Origin: Bacteroidales bacterium
Lineage (GTDB): Bacteria; Bacteroidota; Bacteroidia; Bacteroidales; WCHB1-69
DNA length: 64,000 nt
Direction: 5' to 3'
Assembly: GCA_963556065.3 (NCBI GenBank)
Contig: CAUVYH020000001.1
Span: forward strand, 8,446 to 72,445
A program made the position numbers and the translations under genes. Each line of letters begins with the position of its first letter. Positions within the stretch are counted from its first letter, which is position 1. Shown here in pieces: positions 10,305 through 20,319 of this stretch. Under the pieces are notes generated by a model, which did no database searches, had not been told where the DNA came from, and was given only the letters and a program-made list of their open reading frames with translations.

Positions 10305-11987
10305 ATGAAAAAAATCACATTATTTTTTACGGTATTTTTTATCGTATGCCAACTAAGTATCCATGCACAAGCATGGCAATGGGCAGTTTCATCCCAAACG
10401 GATGAAGCTTTTTACTCCACCACAGATCCCTCTGGAAATGTATATCAAATTGGAAAATATGCAGGCACTGGGACTTTTCAAGGAGGCGTAACATTATCTC
10501 AAGGTGGTGACTTTTATTACAATTGGTTTATAGCCAAATACAACACTTCGGGTCAGTTGCAATGGGCTAAAGAGGCTTTTTCGCAAAAGGGCGATCGAGA
10601 AGTTATGGCATTTACAACCGATGCTGATGGAAACTTATATTATGCAGGCTATTTTGATGACACCTTACGTGTTGAAAGTTCAATTGCCGTTAGTCACGGA
10701 GCAAGAGATGCTTTTTTAGTAAAGATGAACTCTTCAGGAAACTTGCAATGGATAAAAACTGGAGGTGGAGTAAATGATGACTCTTTTAACGATATTGCTT
10801 GTGCAAACTCAAATGTATATGCAGTAGGATCTTTTGTCCCTGATGCAACTTTCGAAACGGTAACTATTACTGGCTCCACCGTAAATTTCTCTTCCGAAGC
10901 CATGTTGCTTAGCTATTCCTCGGCTGGTAACTTAAATTTTGCTAAAAGTTTTGGAGGTATTAGTCAAGAAACTGGAGATGGAATTTATGTGTATAACAAT
11001 AAAATTTATTTCACAGGATTTTTCCATAGTTCAACTGCTACATTTCAGAATATATCTTTGAATTGGTTAGGATCTGGTGGCGATTTTGACATCTATTTGG
11101 CTTGCACTGATTTGAGTGGAAACATAGAATTTGCAAAAGGTTTTTATTCTAGAATACCGAATATGTTCTTTAGAAGCACAAACAAGCTGTTTGTAAACAA
11201 TTCAGGGATCTATATGTCTGGACAATTTTTCGAACAAATAAATTTTGGGAATGGACCACTTAACTCACAAAGTACGACTCTAAATGGATATATAGCAAAG
11301 TTTAACTATGCAGGAGAAAATTTATGGACTAATTTGTTGGGTGGGCAGAAATATGTTACCACGAAAAAATTGGTTGGTAACAACGACCATGTTTATTTGG
11401 CAGGCAATTTTACAGATACATTGAAAGTATTAGGTCAAAATTTTATTGGCTTGTTTAGTAATTATGCGGTTGCTGAGAACAATGGTTTTATCTCTTCGTG
11501 GAACAACGATGGAACAATGGCTTGGATGAAAACGATTCTTCCATATCAAAACCCCAATTATCTCCAAGATATAGGTGTATTTAGATTAAATGGCTTCTCT
11601 ATGGATAATAATTTTCTTTATATGTCGGGTGTTTTCACAATGACATTGTCGTTATATCCACACGCTGTATCAACAGATGGAGTTCTTTCGAATAATGATG
11701 CGGTAATTGCCAAAATTGATGTCACAGCAAACGGGATATCCGAAAATAACCGATCTGCACTAAACTATTACCCAAATCCAGCCACAAATAATGTAACCGT
11801 TGAAACTAACGCTGACGAAAATTATACTATTTCAATTAAAAATATGAACGGACAAGTTGTCCTAAACCGAAAATCATTCGGGCTGTCTTCTGTTGTTTTA
11901 GATGTTTGTCCGCTTAGTAAAGGGATCTATTTGCTTGAAGTACAATCTTCCAAACAAACAAATATTCAAAAGTTGGTTGTTGAATAA
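10305..11987 (+). CDS. T9SS-secreted beta-propeller (SBBP-like repeat) protein
   Basis: Signal peptide. Repeats ending in (S/A)GN(L/I)(Q/N/E)(W/F)(A/I)K. C-terminal sorting domain LNYYPNPATNNVTVET...GIYLLEVQSSKQTNIQKLVVE. Paralog of 46157..47794. Confidence 0.75.
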   Translation: MKKITLFFTVFFIVCQLSIHAQAWQWAVSSQTDEAFYSTTDPSGNVYQIGKYAGTGTFQGGVTLSQGGDFYYNWFIAKYNTSGQLQWAKEAFSQKGDREVMAFTTDADGNLYYAGYFDDTLRVESSIAVSHGARDAFLVKMNSSGNLQWIKTGGGVNDDSFNDIACANSNVYAVGSFVPDATFETVTITGSTVNFSSEAMLLSYSSAGNLNFAKSFGGISQETGDGIYVYNNKIYFTGFFHSSTATFQNISLNWLGSGGDFDIYLACTDLSGNIEFAKGFYSRIPNMFFRSTNKLFVNNSGIYMSGQFFEQINFGNGPLNSQSTTLNGYIAKFNYAGENLWTNLLGGQKYVTTKKLVGNNDHVYLAGNFTDTLKVLGQNFIGLFSNYAVAENNGFISSWNNDGTMAWMKTILPYQNPNYLQDIGVFRLNGFSMDNNFLYMSGVFTMTLSLYPHAVSTDGVLSNNDAVIAKIDVTANGISENNRSALNYYPNPATNNVTVETNADENYTISIKNMNGQVVLNRKSFGLSSVVLDVCPLSKGIYLLEVQSSKQTNIQKLVVE

Positions 11988-12060
11988 ACTATTTTTAAGG
12001 ATATATACATTTTCAGCGTTATCTTGATGATTTGAGATAACGCTGAATTTTTTCAATAAT

Positions 12061-13248
12061 TTATTTTTGAATTTCAGATTCTTTCATCCCTAGATGTCTC
12101 TCGTAATTCTTGATTACCAAAAGTCTGAAAAATAGTAACCCGACGGCACAAACCAGCGCATTTATCCAAAAAATAGCGGAGATGGAAATATGTTGGGCAA
12201 TCAATCCTGCCATGATCATTCCAAAGCCCATTCCAAGATCTACGGCCGTATATAGCGTTGAATTTGCCGCGCCTCGATGTCCGGAGTCCACCAAATTATT
12301 AATCATCGACAGAAATGTGGGGAAAATTACGCCATTTCCAAACCCGATGATGATGGCCGAAAGATAAAACAGGGTCGCACCCTTTGCCATAGCCAGCATT
12401 GGGAATCCAATCAACAATAGAAGCATACAAAATGTAAGGATTTTTCTCGGACCATGTTTATCAAATACTTTTCCAACTGTAATTCGCGATGCTGCAATAC
12501 CAACGGAAAAAATCAAAAAATAGAGCGAGCTGTTATGTATTCCTATTTCCCGTCCATAAAGTGCAATAAAAGACAACAAGCCGCCATAAGCTATCATTGT
12601 GATAAGTACATTTGTAGAGGAGAGAATGGAACTTTTATCGAACATACTGCTCCAAGTCAGCTGTATTCGCTTACCCACCACAAAGCGTTTGCGCAGATGT
12701 ATGGAATAGGCACAGCCGAAACTTGCCAAACTGATAATACAACCTGAAACAAACATAGCCGGAAATCCCCACTGATGGCAAATAAACAATCCCACAACCG
12801 GCCCTACTGACATTCCTAGCGTAGTGGATAATGCAAAATATCCAAGTCCTTCTCCCCTTTTAGAAGCAGGAACAATATCCGTAGCGATGGTGGATCCGGA
12901 AACGGTAGTAATTCCCCAAGTCATCCCTTGTGCAAACCGCAACAGAATAATGGAGGAGATAGAAAGAGCGACCAAATAACCGGCAAAAAAGAGCGAATAA
13001 AGCACTAATGCCAATAAGAAAATAGTACGACGACCAAACCGATCGAGGGCAAAACCGGAAAACGGACGTATTAATACCGATGCAATTGTATAAATACCAA
13101 CGACCAAGCCCACCTGAGATTTTGAAGCCTGCAAATCGTTGACTAAATAAATGGGTAATGCCGAAAGTACTGCATAGTAGGTAATATACATTAAAAAATT
13201 CGACAGTATCAGGAAAATAAAATTCGTATTCCAGATCCTTTCATTCAT
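12061..13248 (-). CDS. MFS transporter
   Basis: 395 aa with about 12 hydrophobic helices. MFS loop motif ALDRFGRRTIFL between TM2 and TM3. Confidence 0.85.
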   Translation of the reverse strand: MNERIWNTNFIFLILSNFLMYITYYAVLSALPIYLVNDLQASKSQVGLVVGIYTIASVLIRPFSGFALDRFGRRTIFLLALVLYSLFFAGYLVALSISSIILLRFAQGMTWGITTVSGSTIATDIVPASKRGEGLGYFALSTTLGMSVGPVVGLFICHQWGFPAMFVSGCIISLASFGCAYSIHLRKRFVVGKRIQLTWSSMFDKSSILSSTNVLITMIAYGGLLSFIALYGREIGIHNSSLYFLIFSVGIAASRITVGKVFDKHGPRKILTFCMLLLLIGFPMLAMAKGATLFYLSAIIIGFGNGVIFPTFLSMINNLVDSGHRGAANSTLYTAVDLGMGFGMIMAGLIAQHISISAIFWINALVCAVGLLFFRLLVIKNYERHLGMKESEIQK

Positions 13249-13590
13249 TGCTAAAATTCCTTATAAAATCCGGTTGCAAAGTTACAGAAAAAAGAGAGGG
13301 TTCGGCTCCATTTAGCATTCTCTTAGGATTTAAAACATGTACCTTTTTTCTTAACCCGAAAAATTTTGATTAAGCCGGTCATTTTTTGGAAAAGACATAT
13401 AAGTAGTTTCTGAATTGGAAATGCATTCTCAAATTTTGAGCTTATTCCTGTATCGTTAATTTCAATTTGAAAAAACAGTGCATTTAGTTTCAAATCTTTT
13501 TTCAAAAACCGATCCTTTCTGCAACTAAGATCTTGTAGCTTTCAAAATAATGAATACAACAGCAAATAGTAATTAACCAAAATATAATGT

Positions 13591-14754
13591 ATGAAAATGT
13601 TAAAAATCAAATCTTTAATTTTAATTGTGGGATTTCTCCTCGTATCAGCATCAGCCTCAATAGCTCAAAACAGTGCATCTGTGATGGTAACGGGTAAAAA
13701 ATTCCTGATTCAGTCTGCCATGAATTACGGTCGCGATAACGGCGGATATTTAGATATTCCTGGCTCTCCCACACTAATCAACAAAGGCTCAAACATTCAG
13801 GTTTGGAATTTGGATAATGGCGAAGACCGTAAATTTACATTTATTAATTCCAACGAAGCCGGATATTATGAGATCATTATTGGAAATACGCAAGATTCGA
13901 GAATTGACGTAGAAAAAGGGTCGGAAAAAAACGGAACAAACGTTCAAGTTTGGGAAAAAAACGGTGGCAATACTCAAAAATTCACTTTTGCTCATCTTGG
14001 AAACGGCCGATTTAAAATTCTTGACCGAAACGGAAAAATAATTACACTAAGCGACCGCTCCTCTTCAAATGGATCGAATGTCCATATCTGGGACAATCAT
14101 GATGGCGTTTGGGCAGAATGGTATGTGGTTGATCCGGATACAAAAAAAGCATTTATCCCCACAGAAACCGTCGCATATCAAGAGACTAAGCCTATTGGCG
14201 ACCCAATTCCAACCGGACAAAATTTATGGATACAATCAGCCATGGATTATGGCCGCGATAATGGCGGATACTGGGATTTACCCGGTAGTGACAATAAAAT
14301 GGCTCAAGGCTCAAATATTCAGGTTTGGAACATCGATGGCGGAAAAGATCGTCTCTTCCGTATTGAGAAAAAATTTGACAGCCCTTATTATCAAATTTAT
14401 GTAGGGAACACTAGTGATGGCGTAGTTGATATCAGTGGTGGAAAAAATGAAAATGGAACGAATGTTCAGTTATGGAAAAAAAACGATAAACCTGCTCAGG
14501 ACTTTTATTTTAAACATTTGGGAAATGGCCGTTATAAAATTTACAATAAAAATGGCAAAATTATAAACCTCAAAAGTCGGAAAAACACGAATGGTTCTAA
14601 TGTTCATTTATGGGAAGACCATGATGGCATTTACAATGAATGGTACTTTGTTAACCCAACAACAAAGAAAGCTTATATCCCAAATCTTACCAAATTAGGG
14701 GATTCTAATAACATAAACAATTCTAATAATCTATCTAAATCTGTAAGAAAATAA
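13591..14754 (+). CDS. Secreted protein with two tandem ricin-type beta-trefoil lectin domains
   Basis: Signal peptide. Repeated QxW-like units (NIQVWNLDNGEDRKF, NVQVWEKNGGNTQKF, NVHIWDNHDGVWAEW). The whole ~150-aa module is duplicated (GRDNGGYLDIPGS... / GRDNGGYWDLPGS...). Confidence 0.8.
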   Translation: MKMLKIKSLILIVGFLLVSASASIAQNSASVMVTGKKFLIQSAMNYGRDNGGYLDIPGSPTLINKGSNIQVWNLDNGEDRKFTFINSNEAGYYEIIIGNTQDSRIDVEKGSEKNGTNVQVWEKNGGNTQKFTFAHLGNGRFKILDRNGKIITLSDRSSSNGSNVHIWDNHDGVWAEWYVVDPDTKKAFIPTETVAYQETKPIGDPIPTGQNLWIQSAMDYGRDNGGYWDLPGSDNKMAQGSNIQVWNIDGGKDRLFRIEKKFDSPYYQIYVGNTSDGVVDISGGKNENGTNVQLWKKNDKPAQDFYFKHLGNGRYKIYNKNGKIINLKSRKNTNGSNVHLWEDHDGIYNEWYFVNPTTKKAYIPNLTKLGDSNNINNSNNLSKSVRK

Positions 14755-14758
14755 AAAA

Positions 14759-16315
14759 ATGAAAAAAGCAATCATAGTATCAGGAATTTGTCTTTTGATT
14801 TCTTCCTGCATTTTGGGACAAGATCTTAAACCTCAAAAAGATAAAGAGACTAAGAAATACGGATATGTCAATAAATCGGATGAATGGGTGGTTAAAGCAA
14901 TTTATGATGATGCCGACAAATTTAAAGACGGTGTGGCCAAAATTTATCTTAACAAGAAAGAAGGCTTGATCAGCGAAACAGGAACTGTACTGGTAGGACC
15001 TCAATTTGATGATATTGATAAGTTTAAAGATGGATTAGCCATTATAAAGAACAATAAAAAGTATGGTTTTATTGATAAAACAGGAAAAGTTCTTTGCGAA
15101 ACTAAGTTTGATGATATAGACAAATTTTCTTCAACCGGACTTGCAATTATCAAAAATGCAAAAAAATCGGGATTAATTAAAAATGACGGAACTGTCATTA
15201 CACAGCCCTTATATGATGTAATATATTCCTTTTATGACAATATTGCCAATATTCAAAACAACAAGCTATGGGGATTAATTGATATTACAGGAAAAGTAAT
15301 ATTTGAGCCGACGTTTGCGAAAGCCTTAGCTTTCAATAAAAATGGGCTCTCAATTACACAAAAAATTGGAGAAGATCAACTTTGGAAATTTGGCCTTGTA
15401 AAAAACGACGGCAGTGTTATTCTCGATTGTATTCAATTGTGGCTTGCCGAAGAAGGAAGCTTTTTCTATGTAAAAAATCCAAATACAAAATGGGAAATCA
15501 GAGACAATAAAGGTGTAGCAATTTCAAAAGAATTTGATGATTTAAACACATTTATGGATGGATTATCATCAAAATATATGATTAATGGACTGATTTCGGC
15601 TAAAGAAGGGAATAAATGGGGGTTTATCAACGAGAAAGGAGAAACCATTATTCCATTCATTTACGATCGAATTGGCTCAACAGATGGCTACGGTTTTAGC
15701 AATGGTTATTGCGCCGTTCAAATCGGCGAAAAATGGGGCTATATCGACAAAACCGGCAAATACTTTAAAGAACCTATTTTTCAAGAAGCCGATCGTTTCA
15801 CAAATGTATTAGGGGAAGTTCTGTCAACCGTAAAAATGGAAGATAAAATATACACCTTAAATGCTAAAACCGGGGAGATGAAATTGAAACCAGGTACTGA
15901 AAACAATACCAGACCCGTAACTGCACAAAAAACTCAAGCTGCCACAACTCAAACAACGACGGCACAAACAACGACTACCAGTCAAGCACAAGTTCCAAAA
16001 ACATCTGCAAACACAGAAAGCGACTGGTTAATAGGAACATGGATGGTAACCGAAGAAAAAATAGGTGGAAAAGTAAAAACCGGAAAGCAGACGACGTTTG
16101 TTAGTTATCAGTTTAAAAAAGGCGGAAGCGGCAATTACGTGGAACGATATGATATAATGGCAAACCAAACTCAAACCAAAAATATGAACTGGACATTAAA
16201 CGGAACATCATTAAAAATGTCCACTTCAAACTACACCTTAACTCCATCTGATAACAAACGCACTATGACCATGAACGGTCCGCTTGGCTCAAGCTGGAAA
16301 TTGACGAAACAATAA
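14759..16315 (+). CDS. WG-repeat (KWG-type) protein with T/Q-rich linker and C-terminal domain
   Basis: Many ~30-aa repeats of the form KKYGFIDKTGKVL..PKFDDIDKFKDGLA. Low-complexity linker QKTQAATTQTTTAQTTTTSQ. Confidence 0.8.
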   Translation: MKKAIIVSGICLLISSCILGQDLKPQKDKETKKYGYVNKSDEWVVKAIYDDADKFKDGVAKIYLNKKEGLISETGTVLVGPQFDDIDKFKDGLAIIKNNKKYGFIDKTGKVLCETKFDDIDKFSSTGLAIIKNAKKSGLIKNDGTVITQPLYDVIYSFYDNIANIQNNKLWGLIDITGKVIFEPTFAKALAFNKNGLSITQKIGEDQLWKFGLVKNDGSVILDCIQLWLAEEGSFFYVKNPNTKWEIRDNKGVAISKEFDDLNTFMDGLSSKYMINGLISAKEGNKWGFINEKGETIIPFIYDRIGSTDGYGFSNGYCAVQIGEKWGYIDKTGKYFKEPIFQEADRFTNVLGEVLSTVKMEDKIYTLNAKTGEMKLKPGTENNTRPVTAQKTQAATTQTTTAQTTTTSQAQVPKTSANTESDWLIGTWMVTEEKIGGKVKTGKQTTFVSYQFKKGGSGNYVERYDIMANQTQTKNMNWTLNGTSLKMSTSNYTLTPSDNKRTMTMNGPLGSSWKLTKQ

Positions 16316-16330
16316 CCGCTTTTTTGTTTT

Positions 16331-16397
16331 AAATCCAAAGATGCAATGTGGTATTTCTCATAAATAAGAGATTTGTCAATTGCATCTTTTTGGATTT
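16331..16397 (+). terminator. Long imperfect hairpin after the WG-repeat gene (possible terminator)
   Basis: AAATCCAAAGATGCAAT (16331-16347) pairs with ATTGCATCTTTTTGGATTT (16379-16397), with 2 extra T, and is followed by AATTTTT. Confidence 0.4.
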
Positions 16398-16493
16398 AAT
16401 TTTTCTAACTAGAAATTTATTGCAAAGTCTGCAAATCAAATAAAAAAGGCATGTTTAAACACAAATAACATTTACTAAAACACACATCCACAT

Positions 16494-16521
16494 AAAAAAA
16501 GCCCCAATAGGGGCTTTTTTT
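16494..16521. terminator. Bidirectional Rho-independent terminator
   Basis: AAAAAAA-GCCCC-AATA-GGGGC-TTTTTTT lies between convergent genes. Confidence 0.7.
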
Positions 16522-16590
16522 ATAATTCGAAATGGAATTAACTCATCACAAACTGATGCTTTTCAACTGTTTTTTCTGAATAATTATTGG

Positions 16591-17391
16591 TTATTTTGTC
16601 TTCGACTTATATTGAGTTGGAACAAGCGGAGCAATGGTGTTTACTCCTAATACAGAACGGTAAACAGTCCCGTTATAATCGACAAACACGATGTCGTTTT
16701 GAAAGAAAACGCCCAAATAATTTGGGTAAGCACTATAATCATCTACAAACGTCAAATTGGTGCTATAACTGCTGAAATTTGGGCGGGCAGCATATTGCAA
16801 TGGATTATCATACTGCAATTGGATTTGAATCGGATATGGATCGCGAGAAGTCCACACATAAACCTGTTTGTCTTCATTCCCGGAAAAGTTATATCCACTC
16901 ACGAAAAGTGTAGCGGTATGATCATACGGCCAATACGTTAATTGTAGCACATCATGGCAATCTATCGGGAAACTACCATTTATTACATTATCGCCCAACA
17001 TCACTTTTATATAATCTCCTTCGGGATTTACTTTGATTATTTTTCTGCTCCCATCGGTGAAGTTTCCGGCAGATACGGTCTCGTAAAGATCTTTATATAA
17101 ATATGTTACTTTGTTTTCCGAAAATTCGCGATCCGTTAAATTTGCCAACATTTTAAACCCCGTTGGGTCAGCATTGGAGCTGATCTTTAATTCAATTTGA
17201 TTGTTCGGGGCAATTTTCGGGGCAATTTTACCTCTGATATCAAGCTTGTTTTGGTATAAATTCAAGGTCCAAACCCCATTATAATCGGCGGATAACTCCA
17301 TTTCGGAATTACTTAGATTCTCTTCCTCTTTTTTACACGAAGCGAGCATAAGAAATGTGACAACCCAAAATAGTAATGTGTGTGCTTTCAT
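16591..17391 (-). CDS. Hypothetical lipoprotein
   Basis: Lipobox-type N-terminus MKAHTLLFWVVTFLMLASCKKEEE. 266 aa with no recognisable domain. Confidence 0.6.
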   Translation of the reverse strand: MKAHTLLFWVVTFLMLASCKKEEENLSNSEMELSADYNGVWTLNLYQNKLDIRGKIAPKIAPNNQIELKISSNADPTGFKMLANLTDREFSENKVTYLYKDLYETVSAGNFTDGSRKIIKVNPEGDYIKVMLGDNVINGSFPIDCHDVLQLTYWPYDHTATLFVSGYNFSGNEDKQVYVWTSRDPYPIQIQLQYDNPLQYAARPNFSSYSTNLTFVDDYSAYPNYLGVFFQNDIVFVDYNGTVYRSVLGVNTIAPLVPTQYKSKTK

Positions 17392-17799
17392 CTTTTTACA
17401 AAAATTAGTTTACAAAAACCGAAAAATCGTTTCTTTACTTTCCGGCACTAATTAGTTGCAACAGACCTTGCTTTTTGAAAAATCAGATTTCGGATAACTG
17501 CGGTTTTGTTAATCTCTTGTTTATGTTTTTCAACACCATTTAGTGTTTGTTCACAGAATCTGTAATATTAAACATTCAGCGCATTACACACATAACGAAT
17601 TGAATAAAAGAGAGAAACAAGTATATCTTTTTTATCAACTTTTGTATTCCAAAAACGGCTAATTCGCTGAATATCATCACTCCCCTTGAATATTGGAGCT
17701 AAAATACTGAATAAATATCTTACATTTTTCGGAGAGGATTCTAGCAATAAAGCCTAAGAGAGATCGTTATATTGCCATAAAAACTAAAAAAACAATACT

Positions 17800-18468
17800 A
17801 TGAAAAAGGAAGCCTTTATTTTGACTTTATTGTTAATAACGATTGTAATTTCTTCTTGCAAAAAAGAGAACGAAGATGAACCAATTGCACCAACACCTAC
17901 GACTGTTTACCCGAACTATTCCCAATTAAAAGTCGGGAACTATTGGATATATCAACAGTTTGAATTGGACAGCCTGGGTAACGAAACTCCAAAAAACATC
18001 TTCGATAGCTGTTATGTGGAAAAAGATACGATTATTAATACCTACACATATTATAAAGTATTCAGTCCATCTGAGGGTCTTGGCACAGATTATAAATACA
18101 TCCGTGATTCACTACATTATATTGTAAGTGCATATAATGGCCAAATTCTATTTTCATCTCAAGATTTTACAACAACTTTTTACTCCCAATATTTCCAAAT
18201 TGCAGGTTCTAATTCAGATACACTAGCTGTATTAACAGCAAAAATGGATGATAAAAACAGGTCTGTTACTACCCCTGCAGGGACTTTTATTACCTCAAAT
18301 ATGAAAGAAAAGATTTCGTTTAACCCAAGTTTTCAACCCTCGTATCGAATTCGGTATAGGAATAACAGATATGCCGAAAATATTGGACTTGTAGTTGAAA
18401 CGCTTCCTATTTGGACTACTCAACTATTCACTGTAGAGAGACGGTTGGTGCGCTATCATATAAACTAA
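17800..18468 (+). CDS. Hypothetical lipoprotein (distant paralog of 25718..26374)
   Basis: MKKEAFILTLLLITIVISSCKKENED. Shares the motif V(T)TPAG(T/I)F with the 25718 lipoprotein. Confidence 0.6.
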   Translation: MKKEAFILTLLLITIVISSCKKENEDEPIAPTPTTVYPNYSQLKVGNYWIYQQFELDSLGNETPKNIFDSCYVEKDTIINTYTYYKVFSPSEGLGTDYKYIRDSLHYIVSAYNGQILFSSQDFTTTFYSQYFQIAGSNSDTLAVLTAKMDDKNRSVTTPAGTFITSNMKEKISFNPSFQPSYRIRYRNNRYAENIGLVVETLPIWTTQLFTVERRLVRYHIN

Positions 18469-18619
18469 TGTAAAAGTGGTGTTTTGTTTATGAAGCAATA
18501 AGGATTGTTTTTGAAATACGGTATCTGATTTGAGTTTCACTTTTTGTTTTGCTAAAGATTAAAGGCGAAAAACCTCAACATAGAAGTGTTTGCAAGAAAA
18601 ATCAGTGTTTTTCGGTAGA

Positions 18620-19336
18620 TTATTTAACGATGATTTTTCCAACATATAGCAAATCAAAATCTTCGTTGATCAATTTCCAATAGTATATACCCGTGCCCAA
18701 TTTTGGAATTTTAACGGCGGACGTATTGGTTCCCAAACTTTTTATTTCCTGATCATTGTTGTTGAATATTTCTACCGTAAGCTTATCCTTGGTTTTGTTT
18801 ATCCATTTTAAAGAGTCTATCGCAGGATATGCCACCTCTCCTTTTGTAATAATTTGAATGCTATTTGCCCGATATGATTCTTGGTGATTTCGGTAGAGTT
18901 TTTCTAGTTTTTCATTGATTTCCAATGAAGCAATTTGCTGATTTTCAAGCTCCTTTTTGTTCATCAGAACCGATGAATCCCCTTTTTTATCAATCTTGGC
19001 AGAAGTATCGGTTTGGGCAATCATGGCCTTATTCAACGGCATATTGGAGTCGGGCTGAGAAAATTTAAAAATAGTAAATATTAAAACAGCAGCAGCAGCA
19101 GCAGCAGAAATGGAAACCACATAAATCCATCTTTTTAATCGACTCGATTTCGGTTGAGCTTCTTTAATGCTGAAGTTAAATGCAATATCAGCCACCATAA
19201 GCACTTCTGATGCACATTGTTCACACTCCGACAAATGTTTCCGAAGTTTTTCCGGCAATTGATCATAAATTCCATCGTTGATAGCATCAGCGCATTGAGC
19301 TATCTCTTCTTCGGAAAAATGTGATTTATCGTTCAT
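18620..19336 (-). CDS. ZAS-type anti-sigma factor with one TM helix and a periplasmic C-terminal beta domain
   Basis: N-terminal H-x3-C-x2-C motif (KHLSECEQCASEV). TM helix WIYVVSISAAAAAAVLIFTIF. Overlaps the upstream sigma-like gene by 11 nt. Confidence 0.6.
   Translation of the reverse strand: MNDKSHFSEEEIAQCADAINDGIYDQLPEKLRKHLSECEQCASEVLMVADIAFNFSIKEAQPKSSRLKRWIYVVSISAAAAAAVLIFTIFKFSQPDSNMPLNKAMIAQTDTSAKIDKKGDSSVLMNKKELENQQIASLEINEKLEKLYRNHQESYRANSIQIITKGEVAYPAIDSLKWINKTKDKLTVEIFNNNDQEIKSLGTNTSAVKIPKLGTGIYYWKLINEDFDLLYVGKIIVK
19087..19107. repeat. (CAG)7 trinucleotide microsatellite (GCT x6 = Ala6 on the coding strand)
   Basis: Read directly: cagcagcagcagcagcagcag. Encodes AAAAAA inside the anti-sigma TM helix. 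Confidence 0.95.
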
Positions 19337-20117
19337 CCCTTTTATTTTTTAAAGTCCAAAAACTAGTCTTACGATCACTTGTATTCCCAGGAAACGGCAC
19401 ATTCCCCATCTCAATAAGAATTCTCAAACTCTCCCTGCAATGATTTGACTCATCATAATCATTCATCCTTTTTAGAATTAATTCTATTTGTTTGTTCATC
19501 CACATCCTTATGGCATCTCCCTTCACATCCTTGTCTTCTACCCTATTTGTAATGTGAGCAAGCGCATTGTATATATCTGCTTGCGACAGGTGTTCATCTC
19601 TATTAAAAAGCAGTCTAACGCCATCGTATTTATCCTTGCTGTATTCCCTAACTTCATTATCTTCAATCGGTATATCAAATAAAAACTTCATGAAAAGTAA
19701 TATTTTATTACGTTCTTCATTAAAAAAGAGCAGAATATTCGACAACCGTTTGATTTCTTTTTTAATAATCAGAGTCTTATCCGTTTCTATTTCCCTCTTT
19801 GAATCTTTATCCAACTCCTGCACAATGTCGATATCAGAAACGGAATACCAATGCTTACTCTCATTTCTGATTACTTCGCAGCACATTCTGTTAATTACCG
19901 CTATATAATAGGTCTTAATATTCGATCTGTTCTGAAAGGAGGCATTGATTTTTTCCTGTTGTTTTAAAATTTTCTCCATTATAGCCATCTCAACATCCTC
20001 CTTCTCACGCATAGGGATACTCGATTTGGAAACGTACCTCATAACTACGTTTGATACCAATTCCATAATTGTATGTAAAGAAATCAGTTCGGTATTATAG
20101 TTGTTAGTATCGACCAT
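19326..20117 (-). CDS. Divergent sigma-70/ECF-like factor (tentative)
   Basis: The track start at 20138 is TTG; ATG 20117 gives MVDTNNY. Region-2-like segment EKEDVEMAIMEKILKQQEKINASFQNRSNIKTYYIAVINRMCCEVIRNE. C-terminal HTH-like segment SQADIYNALAHITNR...GDAIRMWMNKQIELILKRM. Translationally coupled to the ZAS anti-sigma gene. Confidence 0.45.
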   Translation of the reverse strand: MVDTNNYNTELISLHTIMELVSNVVMRYVSKSSIPMREKEDVEMAIMEKILKQQEKINASFQNRSNIKTYYIAVINRMCCEVIRNESKHWYSVSDIDIVQELDKDSKREIETDKTLIIKKEIKRLSNILLFFNEERNKILLFMKFLFDIPIEDNEVREYSKDKYDGVRLLFNRDEHLSQADIYNALAHITNRVEDKDVKGDAIRMWMNKQIELILKRMNDYDESNHCRESLRILIEMGNVPFPGNTSDRKTSFWTLKNKRDER

Positions 20118-20319
20118 TTTTGAAAATAATTTGAACAAAAATACGGATTTTAAGTCATTTTAGGCTGTTTTTTGTGATTTTGCGCAAAGTTGATTTTTGT
20201 TTTCAGCCCTAAAATCTTATCTTTGCATTATACGGAATTGTGTATAAACAGCCAAGCCCTTGTTGATTGATTTTTTACAATATTCACAAACATTAAACCA
20301 TTTAGTAAATTTATAAATA

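Noticed and set aside
13323-13505. 60-aa minus-strand ORF between the MFS transporter and the ricin-lectin gene
   Set aside because: It has no motifs, lies in an AT-rich promoter region and has no coupling to neighbours. It is probably spurious.
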